From Candidatus Bathyarchaeota archaeon (lineage in GTDB: Archaea; Thermoproteota; Bathyarchaeia; 40CM-2-53-6): a stretch of 64,000 nt of DNA. Under the pieces are notes generated by a model. That model was not told the origin of the DNA and ran no database searches. It saw nothing but the letters and a program-made list of their open reading frames with translations. Positions 9,335-21,369 of the stretch are shown piece after piece. The DNA is taken from positions 1 through 64,000 of the forward strand of contig CAWHWX010000005.1 of NCBI GenBank assembly GCA_963833125.1. The letters are read 5' to 3'. The position numbers and the translations under genes were made by a program. The first letter of the stretch is position 1, and each line of letters begins with the position of its first letter.

Positions 9335-10073
9335 TCTAGTTCACTCTTGTTGTCGCACGGCATTTTTCCATTCCCGTTTGACCTTACCGAAGGCAGTCAA
9401 AATCCGATAAGCTGTTAGAACTGTTTGTTGTTAGAAAGGTTAGAGGGCGGGAACAGTAGTGCACTAATTTATGTAAATTGGTATTTTTCAGCCAGTTATC
9501 GTAGACTCGTTCCCCGCTTTTGTAGTATAAGTGCTTGAAACTTAGCCATCCGTGTCTCTGACGACTCGTAACATGTGTTTTCAGATTCCAACATCCGACA
9601 AAATTTTTTCAGGAACAAGGGAGCTGCCTATCGAACGGAGGCTTGACGACTATGTTGCGTGCGAAGCTGGGTTTTAGCATATGTGCAAGAAAAAACTCTG
9701 ATTGCATTTTTCCAATGATTAAGACGACGCAAATAGCAGCTGGATTTCGAAGTAGTAGACGCATTGCTCTCTCGTTTAAACGGCGGTTGGTACTTTGGTT
9801 GCCGTCTATAGTGGTTTCTGAGCGCGACAACCAAACAATTGATTGTTTGGCCTGCCTGACCGAAATCTTAGTATCAACCGAAAGTAACAAGAAGGAACTC
9901 TTAATCCATCGTCCGTCAATGTAACGGTTTTGCAGATTCTATCCGCTGCGGTTAGTTGACGGAAACTTCGTTACTCGATATTCACGGGGGCCTATCAGTA
10001 TGTCTCATATAGTAAGGACGGTCATTCCAACGGGCTTATCTCAATCACCGAAGCGCGTTGAAGAGGTCAGACA

Positions 10074-11831
10074 ATGAGGCATTTCGATCAAAGGGTCTCC
10101 CTATTCTTACTGCCCTTAGGAGGCGCAGTAGTTTTTCTCAATATTCTTCTTGCTCCACCCGAAAAGACTGCAATCGTGGTTAGCGTTATCGGGTTGTTTG
10201 CACTGCTGGCTGGTCTCTATTGGGTAGGCGGAAACATTGACGCTAAGTTACCCGGATCGAGCCTTTTCCTCTTGTTTGTCTTGGTTGTCTGCGTTCTGAT
10301 TAGCGTATTGCCTCCGGGGTTAACTCCATCTCTAACGAGTCCGATCACCTTGTCGATCGCACTCCTAACATTGCTCCCTCTCTCACGTTCGAAAAACATT
10401 TCGGGAGTTCACATTGCTTTACTTGCAGTATTTCTTGGGACCCTGGGCTCGTACGAAGTGCTCTATTATTACCCACTAAACCTCGGGATAGATGCATGGT
10501 CGTATCTTGCCGGATCATCCGTTATTGTTCAGACGGGACACTATTCCGCTACTACGCTTCCGAAGGCAATAGATGTGTACTATTCACCATTTCCAATTAT
10601 GTCAATCGCACCATCAATGTTCGCGACCATCACTGGCCTTGACGTCACGATGTCCCTATTTCTTTTCCCCGGGTTGCTCATAGTACTCCAGCCATTATTC
10701 ATTTTTCTCCTTGCACGATCGATGTTCGGAATCGACGCTGCTCCACTTTCGGCTTTGACTGTAGTCAGCGAGGCCGCGGTTACTCGATGGATAAACGCAC
10801 CACTTGCTGAATCCGTAGCACTCTCACTGATGCTGCTTGTCTTGCTGGTTCTAAACGGCCGAATGTCGATCGGCCGGTTGTTTTCGATCCTAATTTTGTT
10901 TCCAGTACTAGCTGCTTTGCATGGAGTCGTTGCCTTGATGTCGGTTTTCCTCTTCTGGTTCCTCATTCCAAGGAATAGATTAGGTAAGGGAGCGGTGCGG
11001 ATACTGACTCTTGTCTTCCTAGGGTATCTCGCAATAACCGCTGGAACAATTAGGTTGTTCTTAGGGGGTTCATCCCTGCTGTCTGGCACACTCGGATCCA
11101 CATTCGGCTTTAGCTCCACTACGCCAACACAAGTTCTCTTTGCCGGATCGAGTTCTGGCCTGCCGTTTATCTGGTGGGGATTTCCAGTAGCATTAACTCT
11201 GATTCTATTTTTCTTAGACCGTAAAAAAGCCGCAAACTGGATCTATTCAGGTTTGGGTTTGCTTGGTTTGTCATTCGTGGCCAACCTGATTGCTCCTGGG
11301 ACTAACATCGACAGATATGGAGGTCTAACTGCATGGCTCATCCTCGCAGTCGCGAGTGGTCGGGCACTCAGCCTTGTGACCAAGACTCCTCGTCAAGCTT
11401 TGTTAGCTATTCCGATTCTAATGTTAGTGTTCTCTTCTAGCATGATAGATCCAACCATATCGCCGCAATACGGAATCGTGCACGGGTATGTCTTACCTAC
11501 CTCAATCGCCGATAGAGAAGCGCTGAGTTGGCTGAGTACTAGTTATGTGCACACGGTCGGCTATATCACAGTCACGAATGATTATGCGCGTGCATACCTT
11601 CTGTTTGCTCAGTTTACGTCAGGCTCTGATTACAATCGCTACATTGGTGCATGGAACCCACACTATTTGTTTCTTCCCGGCAGCTCGAATGTCCTTTTTG
11701 CGAGATCAAGCGACTTTCCAACGGAACCTTCTGGAGTTTGTGCGCCTTCTATGTTTCTGACTAGCAATCAAAATGCAAAGGTAAACATTGTCTTTAGCAA
11801 TGGCTGCGGCATAGTTGCAGGGTCTCCGTAA
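10074..11831 (+). CDS. Polytopic membrane protein (GT-C/DUF2206-like)
   Basis: About 14 hydrophobic segments; GIDAWSY loop, YYSPFP, LHG, DRY; C-terminal soluble domain. Confidence 0.7.
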   Translation: MRHFDQRVSLFLLPLGGAVVFLNILLAPPEKTAIVVSVIGLFALLAGLYWVGGNIDAKLPGSSLFLLFVLVVCVLISVLPPGLTPSLTSPITLSIALLTLLPLSRSKNISGVHIALLAVFLGTLGSYEVLYYYPLNLGIDAWSYLAGSSVIVQTGHYSATTLPKAIDVYYSPFPIMSIAPSMFATITGLDVTMSLFLFPGLLIVLQPLFIFLLARSMFGIDAAPLSALTVVSEAAVTRWINAPLAESVALSLMLLVLLVLNGRMSIGRLFSILILFPVLAALHGVVALMSVFLFWFLIPRNRLGKGAVRILTLVFLGYLAITAGTIRLFLGGSSLLSGTLGSTFGFSSTTPTQVLFAGSSSGLPFIWWGFPVALTLILFFLDRKKAANWIYSGLGLLGLSFVANLIAPGTNIDRYGGLTAWLILAVASGRALSLVTKTPRQALLAIPILMLVFSSSMIDPTISPQYGIVHGYVLPTSIADREALSWLSTSYVHTVGYITVTNDYARAYLLFAQFTSGSDYNRYIGAWNPHYLFLPGSSNVLFARSSDFPTEPSGVCAPSMFLTSNQNAKVNIVFSNGCGIVAGSP

Positions 11832-12071
11832 TCGCCGACGTGGATTGGTCCCTTGCACCGATCTCGCAATGGGGAGGCCTTCTCGTTTCCATTAAACGAT
11901 TAAATCTGCAAGCTCGAACATTCGAACGGCATTCAGTTTCATTAGGCATTAATCTGCACCGATAGTGTTCCGTATTGCATAGAGTATAGCAGCGTCCGAC
12001 TCAGTCTGGGCATTGCCCAGACCCCTGCGAGTCCACTTTGAGCGATTCATTTCCTCCTATCAGAGTTTTCA

Positions 12072-13205
12072 TCATTTGTTGATGATTGAGGAGTACACTC
12101 GTTCTAGGGAAACTCCAACTGCTTGCGGCGAAAACAATCGATTAGCCAATCGCCTATTTCGGGTACCCAAAGCATGCCGTCTATCTCGGTCGTTGAGAAG
12201 AGAGCATGCTGAATCCGCCATCTCTTCGATAGAATCACACGCTAATATTCCCGATTCATTCAAGTAAGGGAGGAGCCCACAACACGCTTCTTTTGTTGCC
12301 ACGATCGGCCTCCCAGCGACCATAGCTTCCACGAGTCGACTGTGTAATCCCATGGTCAAGTCATTCACAGGTAGGATTATCAAATCGGAATTTAGCAGAT
12401 AGTCGTATGGGTCAGTGACATAACCCAAGTTAATGATGGGGGCCTGTAAGTTTCGCAATCTCTCAGACCCCGGACCAGCCACAAAAACCCTAAGCTTGTA
12501 TCCTCTCGCTTGCATCAAGCTGGTTATCTCAGATAGACGTGCAAGTTCGCGTGCGGATCGCTCCAAGCGAAAATTAGCGTGGAAGAAGATTCTCCACTCC
12601 GAACGCTTTTCAGGGGGTTCCAACGAATATGCGTCGTTTTTTAGATGTGACACACAGTTAAGAACTACAGATACATTCTTGTGGTATCTTTGATCAAAAA
12701 GTACCCGTAACTCCTCAGTAGGGGTTACAATTGCATCCGAGAACCTCAACACAAGTTTTTCGTAGATGACAAAAGTGAGCCACTCCCACAAGGGTCGGTT
12801 CAATCCCGGTTCATGGATCCGCACGGATGCGGACCCGTGCAGGTCCGAGACGATTGGCACACCGAGCGATCTTTTGATCAGCGGATAGACAAGGCAGTTC
12901 ATGGTGTGGCTTGTAAATTGCAGCACATCAATGTGGGACCCTCGAGATATTGCCTTTAGTTTCCTAAGAAGTCCAAGCGCGAAAATAATTGAGCATACAG
13001 GTCCGGGTTTAATTGCGAACGGGCACACATCAATATACTCAGCGCCAAGTGATCTTGCGAGGCTGACCTCAGCAAGATTCTTTCCGTTTGATCCAAATAT
13101 CGTCACTTGATGTCTTCTATTTACTAACGCCTTGACGAAACCCAGTGTCCGGGCAGATGTCCCTGTTTGAGGCAACAACTCGTAACTGGCTATTGCTACT
13201 TTCAA
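12072..13205 (-). CDS. Glycosyltransferase family 4
   Basis: SDLHG, NLGYV, SRLVEAMVAGRPIVAT. Confidence 0.9.
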   Translation of the reverse strand: MKVAIASYELLPQTGTSARTLGFVKALVNRRHQVTIFGSNGKNLAEVSLARSLGAEYIDVCPFAIKPGPVCSIIFALGLLRKLKAISRGSHIDVLQFTSHTMNCLVYPLIKRSLGVPIVSDLHGSASVRIHEPGLNRPLWEWLTFVIYEKLVLRFSDAIVTPTEELRVLFDQRYHKNVSVVLNCVSHLKNDAYSLEPPEKRSEWRIFFHANFRLERSARELARLSEITSLMQARGYKLRVFVAGPGSERLRNLQAPIINLGYVTDPYDYLLNSDLIILPVNDLTMGLHSRLVEAMVAGRPIVATKEACCGLLPYLNESGILACDSIEEMADSACSLLNDRDRRHALGTRNRRLANRLFSPQAVGVSLERVYSSIINK

Positions 13206-13603
13206 TTGGCACCAGGGCGTCTTGCGATCGATTCATTCTGACTATTCAGGTTGCATTTAAGCCGCTTGATTGGTATCGGTGTTTGATTCATCGATTGAAG
13301 AGGAGTCTGTTGGTACGCCAGCTCGAAACGTTCATGCTCTTCGCTAGGAAGACCATTCTACCGTTGTCGAGACCAGTGATTTCGGGCATACGCCACCTTA
13401 GGTGGCTTTCGAACCCAACTCCGATGCGATATACTACGTATACGTAGCGGAGGTAGATGCGTCTGAAACTTGCATTCGAATCCGGATACAATATAGGACC
13501 CTTGGTATGCTCCTGCTCAAGATGAAATCCTCGAACACATTAATAGGAACTGATCAATCGTTCAAAGTCGGGATTATATTTTGGAATTCCTGGGTGAACG
13601 AAA

Positions 13604-15771
13604 ATGGTCCGATCGATAGCTCTCGTGGGATGTGGGGCAGTAAGTCAATCATACTATGTGCCAGCCTGCCGCAGTATCCCCGAATGTAGAATTGAGTGGT
13701 TCATCGACAAAAACGCCGAAAGGGCCAAAGAACTGGCGAAAGACTATGGGGGTGGTCGAGTGACATGCGACTACAAGGAAGCCATTGAGAACGTAGAAGC
13801 CGCTATCATAGCCCTGCCAAACCACCTACACGCAGAAGTGACCATAGATTTCCTCCAAAAAGGCCGCGATGTACTTTGCGAGAAACCGATTGCAAATAAT
13901 AGCTCAGACGCCACGAGAATGGTTGAAGTAAGCAATGCGCAGTGGGACAAGGCTCACGATAAACCTCATCAGACGTCGGTACAAAAGTTTCAAAATTGCA
14001 AAACAAATGCTTAATGCAGGGATCCTCGGCAGAGTTATCCGGGTGACGTGTCAAGAAGGACGCATTTTCAACTGGCCACTCTCGTCGATGGATCTACTCG
14101 ATCCAAAGCGAGCCGGCGGCGGGGTCTTGATGGATTGGGGAACCCACGACTTGGATATTTTGAGGTGGCTGTTTTCAGGCGAGCTCGAATTGGCCTCATA
14201 TGAGGATGACTCACTCGGCGGTGTCGAAGCAAATTGCAGCTTGAACCTGAGGATCAAGAATGAACACGCCGAAATACCATGCCAGTTATTGCTTGGTAGG
14301 AGTAGAATATTGCCAAACAACGTCATCATATCAGGAGACCGATGTTCTCTTGAGATCCGTCAGGATGACATCAACGGCGTTTATCTGCGAACTGGAGGAA
14401 GCGTTCACAGGATCGAACCTTCGGTAGAAGAAGAGAACAAGGTTCTCCAAGGCCTCGACTACTTTGCTGAGCAAGTGACGAAGTTCCTTGACAAATCTTC
14501 AGACGATTATACCCAAGGCGCCGACGCGGTTAAGGTTCTTAAGTTCATAGAGAATTGTTACAGAACTAAACACCAAATGACATTCGCTTGGGAGCACTTT
14601 CGATCTAGTCCGTCAAGCCATTTGACGCCGTCTTCTGATGTTGGGACCATACTCGTGGTTGGCGCTGTCCGGGTTCTTGGGGACTAGACTGGTAGAGAAG
14701 TTGTTTGTTGACATGGCTTTGAACGTGAGAGCTGCTGTCCATCATCCCGGCGCCGCAGCGAGACTCGCTAGGTTTCCTGTACAGTTTGTGGAATGCGACG
14801 TTCTAAACCCGCAACAGGTTGAAAAAGCTGTGGCGGGGTGCGACATAGTCATAAACTGCACATCCGGATCTGACGAAGTTGCCGTGAAGGGCACTCTTAA
14901 TCTAATTGAATCAGCTACGAGACATCATGTGAAGAAATACGTTCATTTGAGCTCAGCAGCCGTACATGGATTCAGCCATAGAAAATCGGTAGTTTACGAG
15001 ACATCCCGATTTGTGTTTTTCCCCAGAGGCTACGAGAGAGGCAAGATCAAATCTGAGAAATTGGTTGCAGATCATGCTCAGTCGCTTCCTTCCGTGATTC
15101 TGAGGCCGACATTGATTTACGGTCCATACTCTTCAAGTTGGACGTCTGGGATCATCTCAAGAATTCGAGACCATCAGACCACTATTGTAGAAGGGCAAGG
15201 GCTAGCCAATCTGATTTACGTTGACGATGTGGTGGACGCGATAATCTATTCGATCAAGAATGATGAAGCGAATGGTGAGATATTCATAGTCAATAACGAC
15301 CAGCAGAATGTATCATGGGCGGAGTATGCTCGAGCATACGCCGAACCACTTGGAATCATGCCTGTCACGTCCCGAGAATACAACCCTGATCTGCGAAGAA
15401 TGAAAGCTACCTTTTTGATGCTGCGAGACTCCTTAAACATCATGGTAAACGTGCTGAAGTCCCCTCAATTCCTAGCCTTACTTGCTCAGGTTCCCGTCTT
15501 TGTCAAGGTTGGTTCTATGATCATCAAAGGGAAGAGAAGGGAGACCATTGAAACCAAAGTTACATCGGAGACAAGAATATCACCGGCCAACCCTAAGATT
15601 CTTCTCGATTACGAGGGGACTAGCAAGCAATTCTACAAGTTGCTAACGTGTCGAGCAACTTTCTCCGCTTCGAAAAGCAGGAAGGTCTTGCATCTTGAAC
15701 CGTTAACTCCAATTGAAGAGGGGATTGCAAGAAGCATAGAGTGGGCGAATTGGGCTGGCTATTACGGGTAA
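13604..15771 (+). CDS. Gfo/Idh/MocA oxidoreductase probably fused to an NAD-dependent epimerase/dehydratase (two frameshifts)
   Basis: GCGAVS, CEKP, GGGVLMDWGTHDLD, then ILVVGA|SGFLG split by a frameshift near 14665, HLSSAAVHG, YERGK, ILRPTLIYGP. Confidence 0.75.
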
Positions 15772-15962
15772 GTAGCTCAAATCGAGCAATTCAAAGCCGA
15801 AGTCACGAAAGTTGGAAGATTTTTGCATCGATAGTGATTCGAAGGCAACTTAGTATGCAACAAGTAAGTATCATAGATAACGAACTTGCATTTCGAACTC
15901 AGTGAGCATTTGGAGACTAACCGTCGCAAATTGATGCTCCAAGTAGAGAGGATTGGATTAGG

Positions 15963-17817
15963 TTATCCCGATTGACCAGAATCAGGTATCCATTTTTCAA
16001 TCCATTTCCCGAACAGCAAGAGTCTGGCCCTATAGAGTCTGTACAGTCGATTATTCTCGACAAGAGCCCGTTTCTTAAAGAACGCATGCATTTCTGGGCT
16101 TAGAGTCCTTAAGTAATCCAGCGAATAGGTGAGATAATCCTGGTATTTCTCGTTTAGAATCCATTCTAGTATTGGCGTGGCAAAACCGTGTTTCTTTCTC
16201 CGAACGATTTCTGCAGGAATTGTATCTTCAATTATCGTTCGCATGAATTTCTTTGATCGAAACAATCCTACCTGCCACTCGATGGGAACTCTCTGAGAGA
16301 ATTCGACAATTCTATAATCTAATAAGGGACACCGGATTTCGAGTGAATTAGCCATAGACACTCTGTCTGTTTTAGCCAAATAATTATCGGGGAGGGTGTT
16401 GAAGAGCATGTCGTACTCGCGTAGAATTTGGGCCATAGATGTTGATCCTAGGCACAAGCCTAATTTCTCAATCGACCACTGCTTTGCCACTTCAGGATTA
16501 GGTATCTCTCCTTCCAACGCTTGAGCATAGAAAAGGGATGGGTCGCGTAACGACGCTCGAAATGCTTTCTTGAGAAGAAAGATCGAGACGTAGCCGTCGA
16601 GGTTTCGTCTTGCAGGCATCTTCGACAGGACGGCTCTCATAGACCGAGGGATCCTTTTGAGGAGATCCAGCCTGTAGCCTGCTACGTGCTCAGCATATCC
16701 TGCAAAGATTTCGTCACCCCCGTCCCCGCTTAGCGCCACTGTGACCTTCTCGCGAGCCTTCTCGCACAGTAAATGGGTAGGAAAGCATGCCAGATCTGCA
16801 AGAGGTTCATCGAATAGTGCTCCATACTTGGACAGGCGCTCTTCAAAATCTCTCTCTCTGAACATGTAATGATGGTGATTTGTCCCGAACCTTTCGGCTG
16901 CGATTTTGATGAATGGTGTTTCGTCGTAACTTCTTCCATCAAATCCCACTGAGAATGTGTGCAACGATTGTGGATCCGTAAACTTACTAGAGTAAGCCAC
17001 AATGGTACATGAGTCTAAACCGCCGTCAGAAAAACTCCGACTGGCACGTCCGCAATCATACGGAGTCGTACTGCGTCTTCAAAAAGAGCTCGCCCTTCTT
17101 GATTTAGGCGGTTGCGATAGTATGCTGGATCGTAACGTGGGAGTGAATAATAACACATTGTCTTCACTCGTTGGGTTGTCAGGTCAAAAATTAGGTTCTG
17201 TCGCGCCTCAAGTTTGAACGTGTTTCTGTAGATTGCGTAAGGCGCAGGGATGAAACCTAGCGTGAAGTACAGATTTACCCGTCAGGGCTAATGTTCGCCA
17301 TTCTGTTGAGATGCAGATCTTCATGTACTAACAACCCTCTGATTTCGGAGCTGAAGATGAATTTGCCGTTTTTGTAATAGTAGTAGAACGGCTTCTTACC
17401 CATTCTGTCCCTAGAGCAAAAGATCACTTGCTTGGTAGGGTCGTAGATGGCGAAGGCCCACATGCCATTGAAGTCTCTTACGCAATCGATTCCTGACTCT
17501 AAGTAGCTAGCAACTACAACTTCCGTGTCCGAATGTGATTTGAAGCTAAAGCCGATTAATTCTAACCTACGACGCAATTCACTACAATTGTAAATCTCAC
17601 CATTGAAGACGATAACCGCGGTTTTGCCATCGTGCGAGTATTGCATTGGTTGACTGCCAGCTTTGCTGAGGTCTATTACGGATAGCCTCACGGCGCCTAA
17701 ACTTACGTGATTATCTGAAAACGTGCCATCGTCGTCGGGACCTCTGTATTTGACGGCTCTGTTCATTGACTGAGCCAATCCAGGATCCGAAAAGTTGAAG
17801 CCGTTTATTCCGCACAT
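15963..17817 (-). CDS. asnB: Asparagine synthase (glutamine-hydrolysing)-like amidotransferase, frameshifted
   Basis: MCGING, RGPDD, FNGEIYN, RDRMGKKP, ALSGDGGDEIFAGY, DRVSMANSLEIRCPLLD. Confidence 0.9.
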
Positions 17818-17850
17818 GCAACAAACCCTCCGCAGTCGTGCTAGATAACT

Positions 17851-19008
17851 TCAAACTAGTTGATCGTAGACTCTTAGATACTCATTAACTAGGGTTTCCC
17901 AATTGCGGCTCCTTTCTATGTAACGATGCGCATTTTTCCCGAGCCTCGAGCATTCTTCTGCGCTTGTCAAGAGTACACGAATTTTCGCAGCCAAGTCCTC
18001 ACAGCTTTTGGGTCTCGCAAGCAAACCGTTCTGGGAATCCACGATATACTCGCGTGCAAATGCATAATCAAAGGCCACCACTGGCCTAGCGAGCGCCATG
18101 GCCTCCAGCGGTGAAATTGGTTGAGCCTCACAGAGGCTTGGTAGGGCGACCAATCGGGATCTGCTAATTTTCTTGAGTAACTCGTCGTGCATCACGAAAC
18201 CGTTCATAGATACATTGGTCGCTAAACTCAAGTTGGAGACAAGTTGTTTCACCTTTCTAGTTAGGGGTCCAGTGCCGCAAATTTCGAGTCTAAGGTTTGG
18301 GAATTCACTGATCAAAAGGCTCAGCGCTCGTATCAAATAGAGCAATCCTTTGTTCCACTCCAATCGACCATAATAAAGCAGCAAGTTAGGATCCTGATCA
18401 ATCCTGTTAAAGGTAGGTAATCTCCGGAAATCTATTCCGTTGCGAACCACTGAAACGGTACGACTTACGCGATGCATTGTCTTCAGATCGCGAAGTGTGC
18501 AAGAACCGCAAACGAAGATATGATCAGAATGCTTCAAACAGCCCTCCGTGAGCGCTTCGTTGAGAGGGTACGCCACTCCATGAGTAAGCAAGTCCCCGAT
18601 AGTCCACTCGGAAATGGGAGACCTTGCGAATACTTTCAAATCGCTGAGTGCATTCCCATGAATAGTTGTAACGAGAGGACGGCCCCATACTGACTTGAAA
18701 TTCGCCATAAGACCAAAGCCGAGTGCGCTCGTTGCATGCAGGACGTCAAACTTCGTGAGACGTTGTATGAATGATACAAGGTTGATCATTTGAAACCAAA
18801 GGTACCTCGGCGGGACTTGACGATACGGCAAGTGGACGATTGTAAGGTACGGGTTTAGATGATCGACTCGGTACCCTCTTGCCCTACCGCAAAATACTGT
18901 TGTTTCAATTCCTCGTTTGGATAGCGCGTAAGCCAGATCGAAGGAATAAGTTGCTATTCCTCCGATCGACAAGGGAGGAAAGTCGTCCGTGATAAGAGCA
19001 ATTTTCAA
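17851..19008 (-). CDS. Glycosyltransferase family 4
   Basis: FPPLSIGGI, TTIHG, GRLEWNKG, EAQPISPLEAMA. Confidence 0.92.
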   Translation of the reverse strand: MKIALITDDFPPLSIGGIATYSFDLAYALSKRGIETTVFCGRARGYRVDHLNPYLTIVHLPYRQVPPRYLWFQMINLVSFIQRLTKFDVLHATSALGFGLMANFKSVWGRPLVTTIHGNALSDLKVFARSPISEWTIGDLLTHGVAYPLNEALTEGCLKHSDHIFVCGSCTLRDLKTMHRVSRTVSVVRNGIDFRRLPTFNRIDQDPNLLLYYGRLEWNKGLLYLIRALSLLISEFPNLRLEICGTGPLTRKVKQLVSNLSLATNVSMNGFVMHDELLKKISRSRLVALPSLCEAQPISPLEAMALARPVVAFDYAFAREYIVDSQNGLLARPKSCEDLAAKIRVLLTSAEECSRLGKNAHRYIERSRNWETLVNEYLRVYDQLV

Positions 19009-19053
19009 TATGTTTCGTCCATGTTCATTCTATACATATTCCCTTCAGGGCAC

Positions 19054-20256
19054 TCATGCTGTCGTGATCGAACCTCGCTGCGTTGCGTGCCAGGCGCTAC
19101 CTCTTCTCACAGAATAAAACAGTCCGATTAGAAGATAATATTCGTGAACAAGGAAACTCCAGAGTAAGTCAAACTTCTTTGATCGTTTACTTACAAGGTA
19201 CAAACTTACAACAACCAGCGGAACAACTGGTAGTAGATACAGGGAGACGCATACCATCACAATGATCAATGCGACGAGCCCCGCGACAAAGAACAATGGA
19301 GAGATCATCATCAGAAGCCGCAGTGGGAAAATCAATCTGCCAAACATGCCGGACCTTTGACTGAACAATAAGTCAAGATTTGAAAACGCAGCTTGAATCT
19401 GGCGGGCTGCTCGTCGAGTTTTTTGCCTCAGCTGCTCCTTAACTTTAACAACGATGGGCTCACGAAAGATAATGGAAGGCACGCAAATGTAACGCAAACC
19501 TTTACGCACGATAGCGAGAGAAATATTTCCATCGGTTGAACCGTAATCCAACGGCATTGTCGGAAAGGCGGATCTGCGAATCATTGCGAAATTGGTGTAA
19601 CCCGGAAATGTGGAATGGATGGCACTTTCTGTTACGCTCATCCTGTCATAAAAGTCCCTATAGGGCGTTTCAATCATCGCGGCGTTTGTCTGCCCTGATG
19701 ATACCATCTCCATTCTAGATGTAACGCCTCCAATGTTTGGTAAGTTTTCAATGACTTTGATAGACTTCAATAATGCATCGTGATCAACTGTCACATCAGC
19801 GTCCGTCGTGACGATGAAAGCACCTTTCGCTTCATTGAAGCCTCGGTTATAGCAGCCGTTCACGCCTGTTCTCGATTCCATCGTTATCACTCTCCCTTGA
19901 AGGTTGAGCCTTCTTAGCGTCCGTTCTGCGAACAAACGCGTCTGATCTGTAGACGCATCATCAACAACAATGACTTCACGTTTTTCATGAGGGTAATCCA
20001 TTTCCGCCACATCATTCAGTTTTGTTTCAATTACCCCTTCTTCATTATGGGCCGGGATGATGATCGATATTACAGGAAGTTCCTCAGTCTTCACCACGAG
20101 CTTCATCGTCCTTTGCAACTGTGCCAGATATTCAACGACATCGGCCTTTCTTAGCACAAGCAAGAAATACAGTGCGAAAACTGTTATGACAAACCCGAAA
20201 CTGCCAATAGCGATCCATAATGCTGTGACCATCACTCCGGCTCCTTCTGGCGACAA
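19054..20256 (-). CDS. Glycosyltransferase family 2 with TM helices
   Basis: IIIPAHNEE, VDDASTD, TDAD, QKTRR; N- and C-terminal TM segments. Confidence 0.9.
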   Translation of the reverse strand: MSPEGAGVMVTALWIAIGSFGFVITVFALYFLLVLRKADVVEYLAQLQRTMKLVVKTEELPVISIIIPAHNEEGVIETKLNDVAEMDYPHEKREVIVVDDASTDQTRLFAERTLRRLNLQGRVITMESRTGVNGCYNRGFNEAKGAFIVTTDADVTVDHDALLKSIKVIENLPNIGGVTSRMEMVSSGQTNAAMIETPYRDFYDRMSVTESAIHSTFPGYTNFAMIRRSAFPTMPLDYGSTDGNISLAIVRKGLRYICVPSIIFREPIVVKVKEQLRQKTRRAARQIQAAFSNLDLLFSQRSGMFGRLIFPLRLLMMISPLFFVAGLVALIIVMVCVSLYLLPVVPLVVVSLYLVSKRSKKFDLLWSFLVHEYYLLIGLFYSVRRGSAWHATQRGSITTA

Positions 20257-20496
20257 GTCTACTCAACCAATTCCCGTTTTAACAAGTTGAATCCGATTTC
20301 AATGATCTTGAATTCTGAACCCGCATAACATTGTAATTAGACCGGTGATCTACTTCGATTTGGCCTCGCACTGACCTTTGTCAACCTCTCAGGGCCGAAT
20401 TTTCTGATTTCACTGAAAGCGCGCTACGCAATAAGTTTGTTACCAGTATCAAATGCGAAAAGATTTGTAGGGAGTGTTGCCTAGATGAGATTCCGC

Positions 20497-21350
20497 TCAT
20501 CTCACGGTTGTGCTGAGGGCGTTCCAGTACGACTCTGGCGTTCCTACGTCTATTCGTGTTTCGTGACGTCCAAGCTCCACCGCATACACCTTACCGCCGT
20601 CTTCGACAAGGTGCTCAATAGCATCTGTTAATTCCAATTCGCGCTCGGAATTCTTACGTGCCTGCTCTAAGCAACGATAGATCCTCTCGTTAAACGCATA
20701 TAGGGCAACGACGGCCAACTTCGATTTAGGATGTTTCGGCTTTTCTTTAACGTGCTTCACGAGATATGTCCCCGGACATATTTTGTCGCCTTCAACTACG
20801 CCGTACTTACCGGGTCCTTGACTTTTTGCACATAAAAGACTGCATCAGCTTGGTAAGAATCAAACGCGGTCATTAACCTGCTAAAGCATCCGCCAGCATT
20901 TTTTGAGATAATCAGGTCATCTCCGGCGTGAACAATGAATGAACTGTGATTTGTAAAGGCTCTCGCACGAAGGACTGCATCACCGAAGCCAAGCGGTTCA
21001 GGCTGATTTATGAATACGATGTTTGACTTCCGAACTTTTTGGTAAAAATGTTCCATCTCCATGACAAGATGAGGCTTCGCAAGTTTCTTCAAGTTCTCGA
21101 TGAATCCAGCATCCAGAGTGAATTGGTCCTCTATGCTTCTCTTCCCTCTTCCAACAATGAGGCAGAATTCTCGTAATCCAGCGTCATACAGCCTCTCGAA
21201 CACGACCTGGACAATCGGCTTGAGAAAGACCAGCCCACTAGAGCTTCTTACGAAAACAGGCAGCATTTCTTTGGGCTGCTGTTTCGTAGCTGGTAGAAGT
21301 CTCGTGCCTAGGCCAGCGCTGGGAATGACCGCGATTCTAATCTGATTCAT
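20497..21350 (-). CDS. Sugar-1-phosphate nucleotidyltransferase (GalU-like), frameshift near 20805
   Basis: AVIPSAGLGTRLLPATKQQPKEMLP, QPEPLGFGDAV, VKEKP, ELTDAI, DVGTPESY. Confidence 0.88.
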
Positions 21351-21369
21351 TGCAAAGACCTATGAACAC

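Noticed and set aside
9400-9450. GTTAGA short repeats upstream of the beta-helix gene
   Set aside because: Three short copies in AT-rich intergenic DNA; cannot be distinguished from chance.
13288-13491. Small minus-strand ORF between the GT4 and oxidoreductase genes
   Set aside because: May be a gene remnant, but I could not assign any family.
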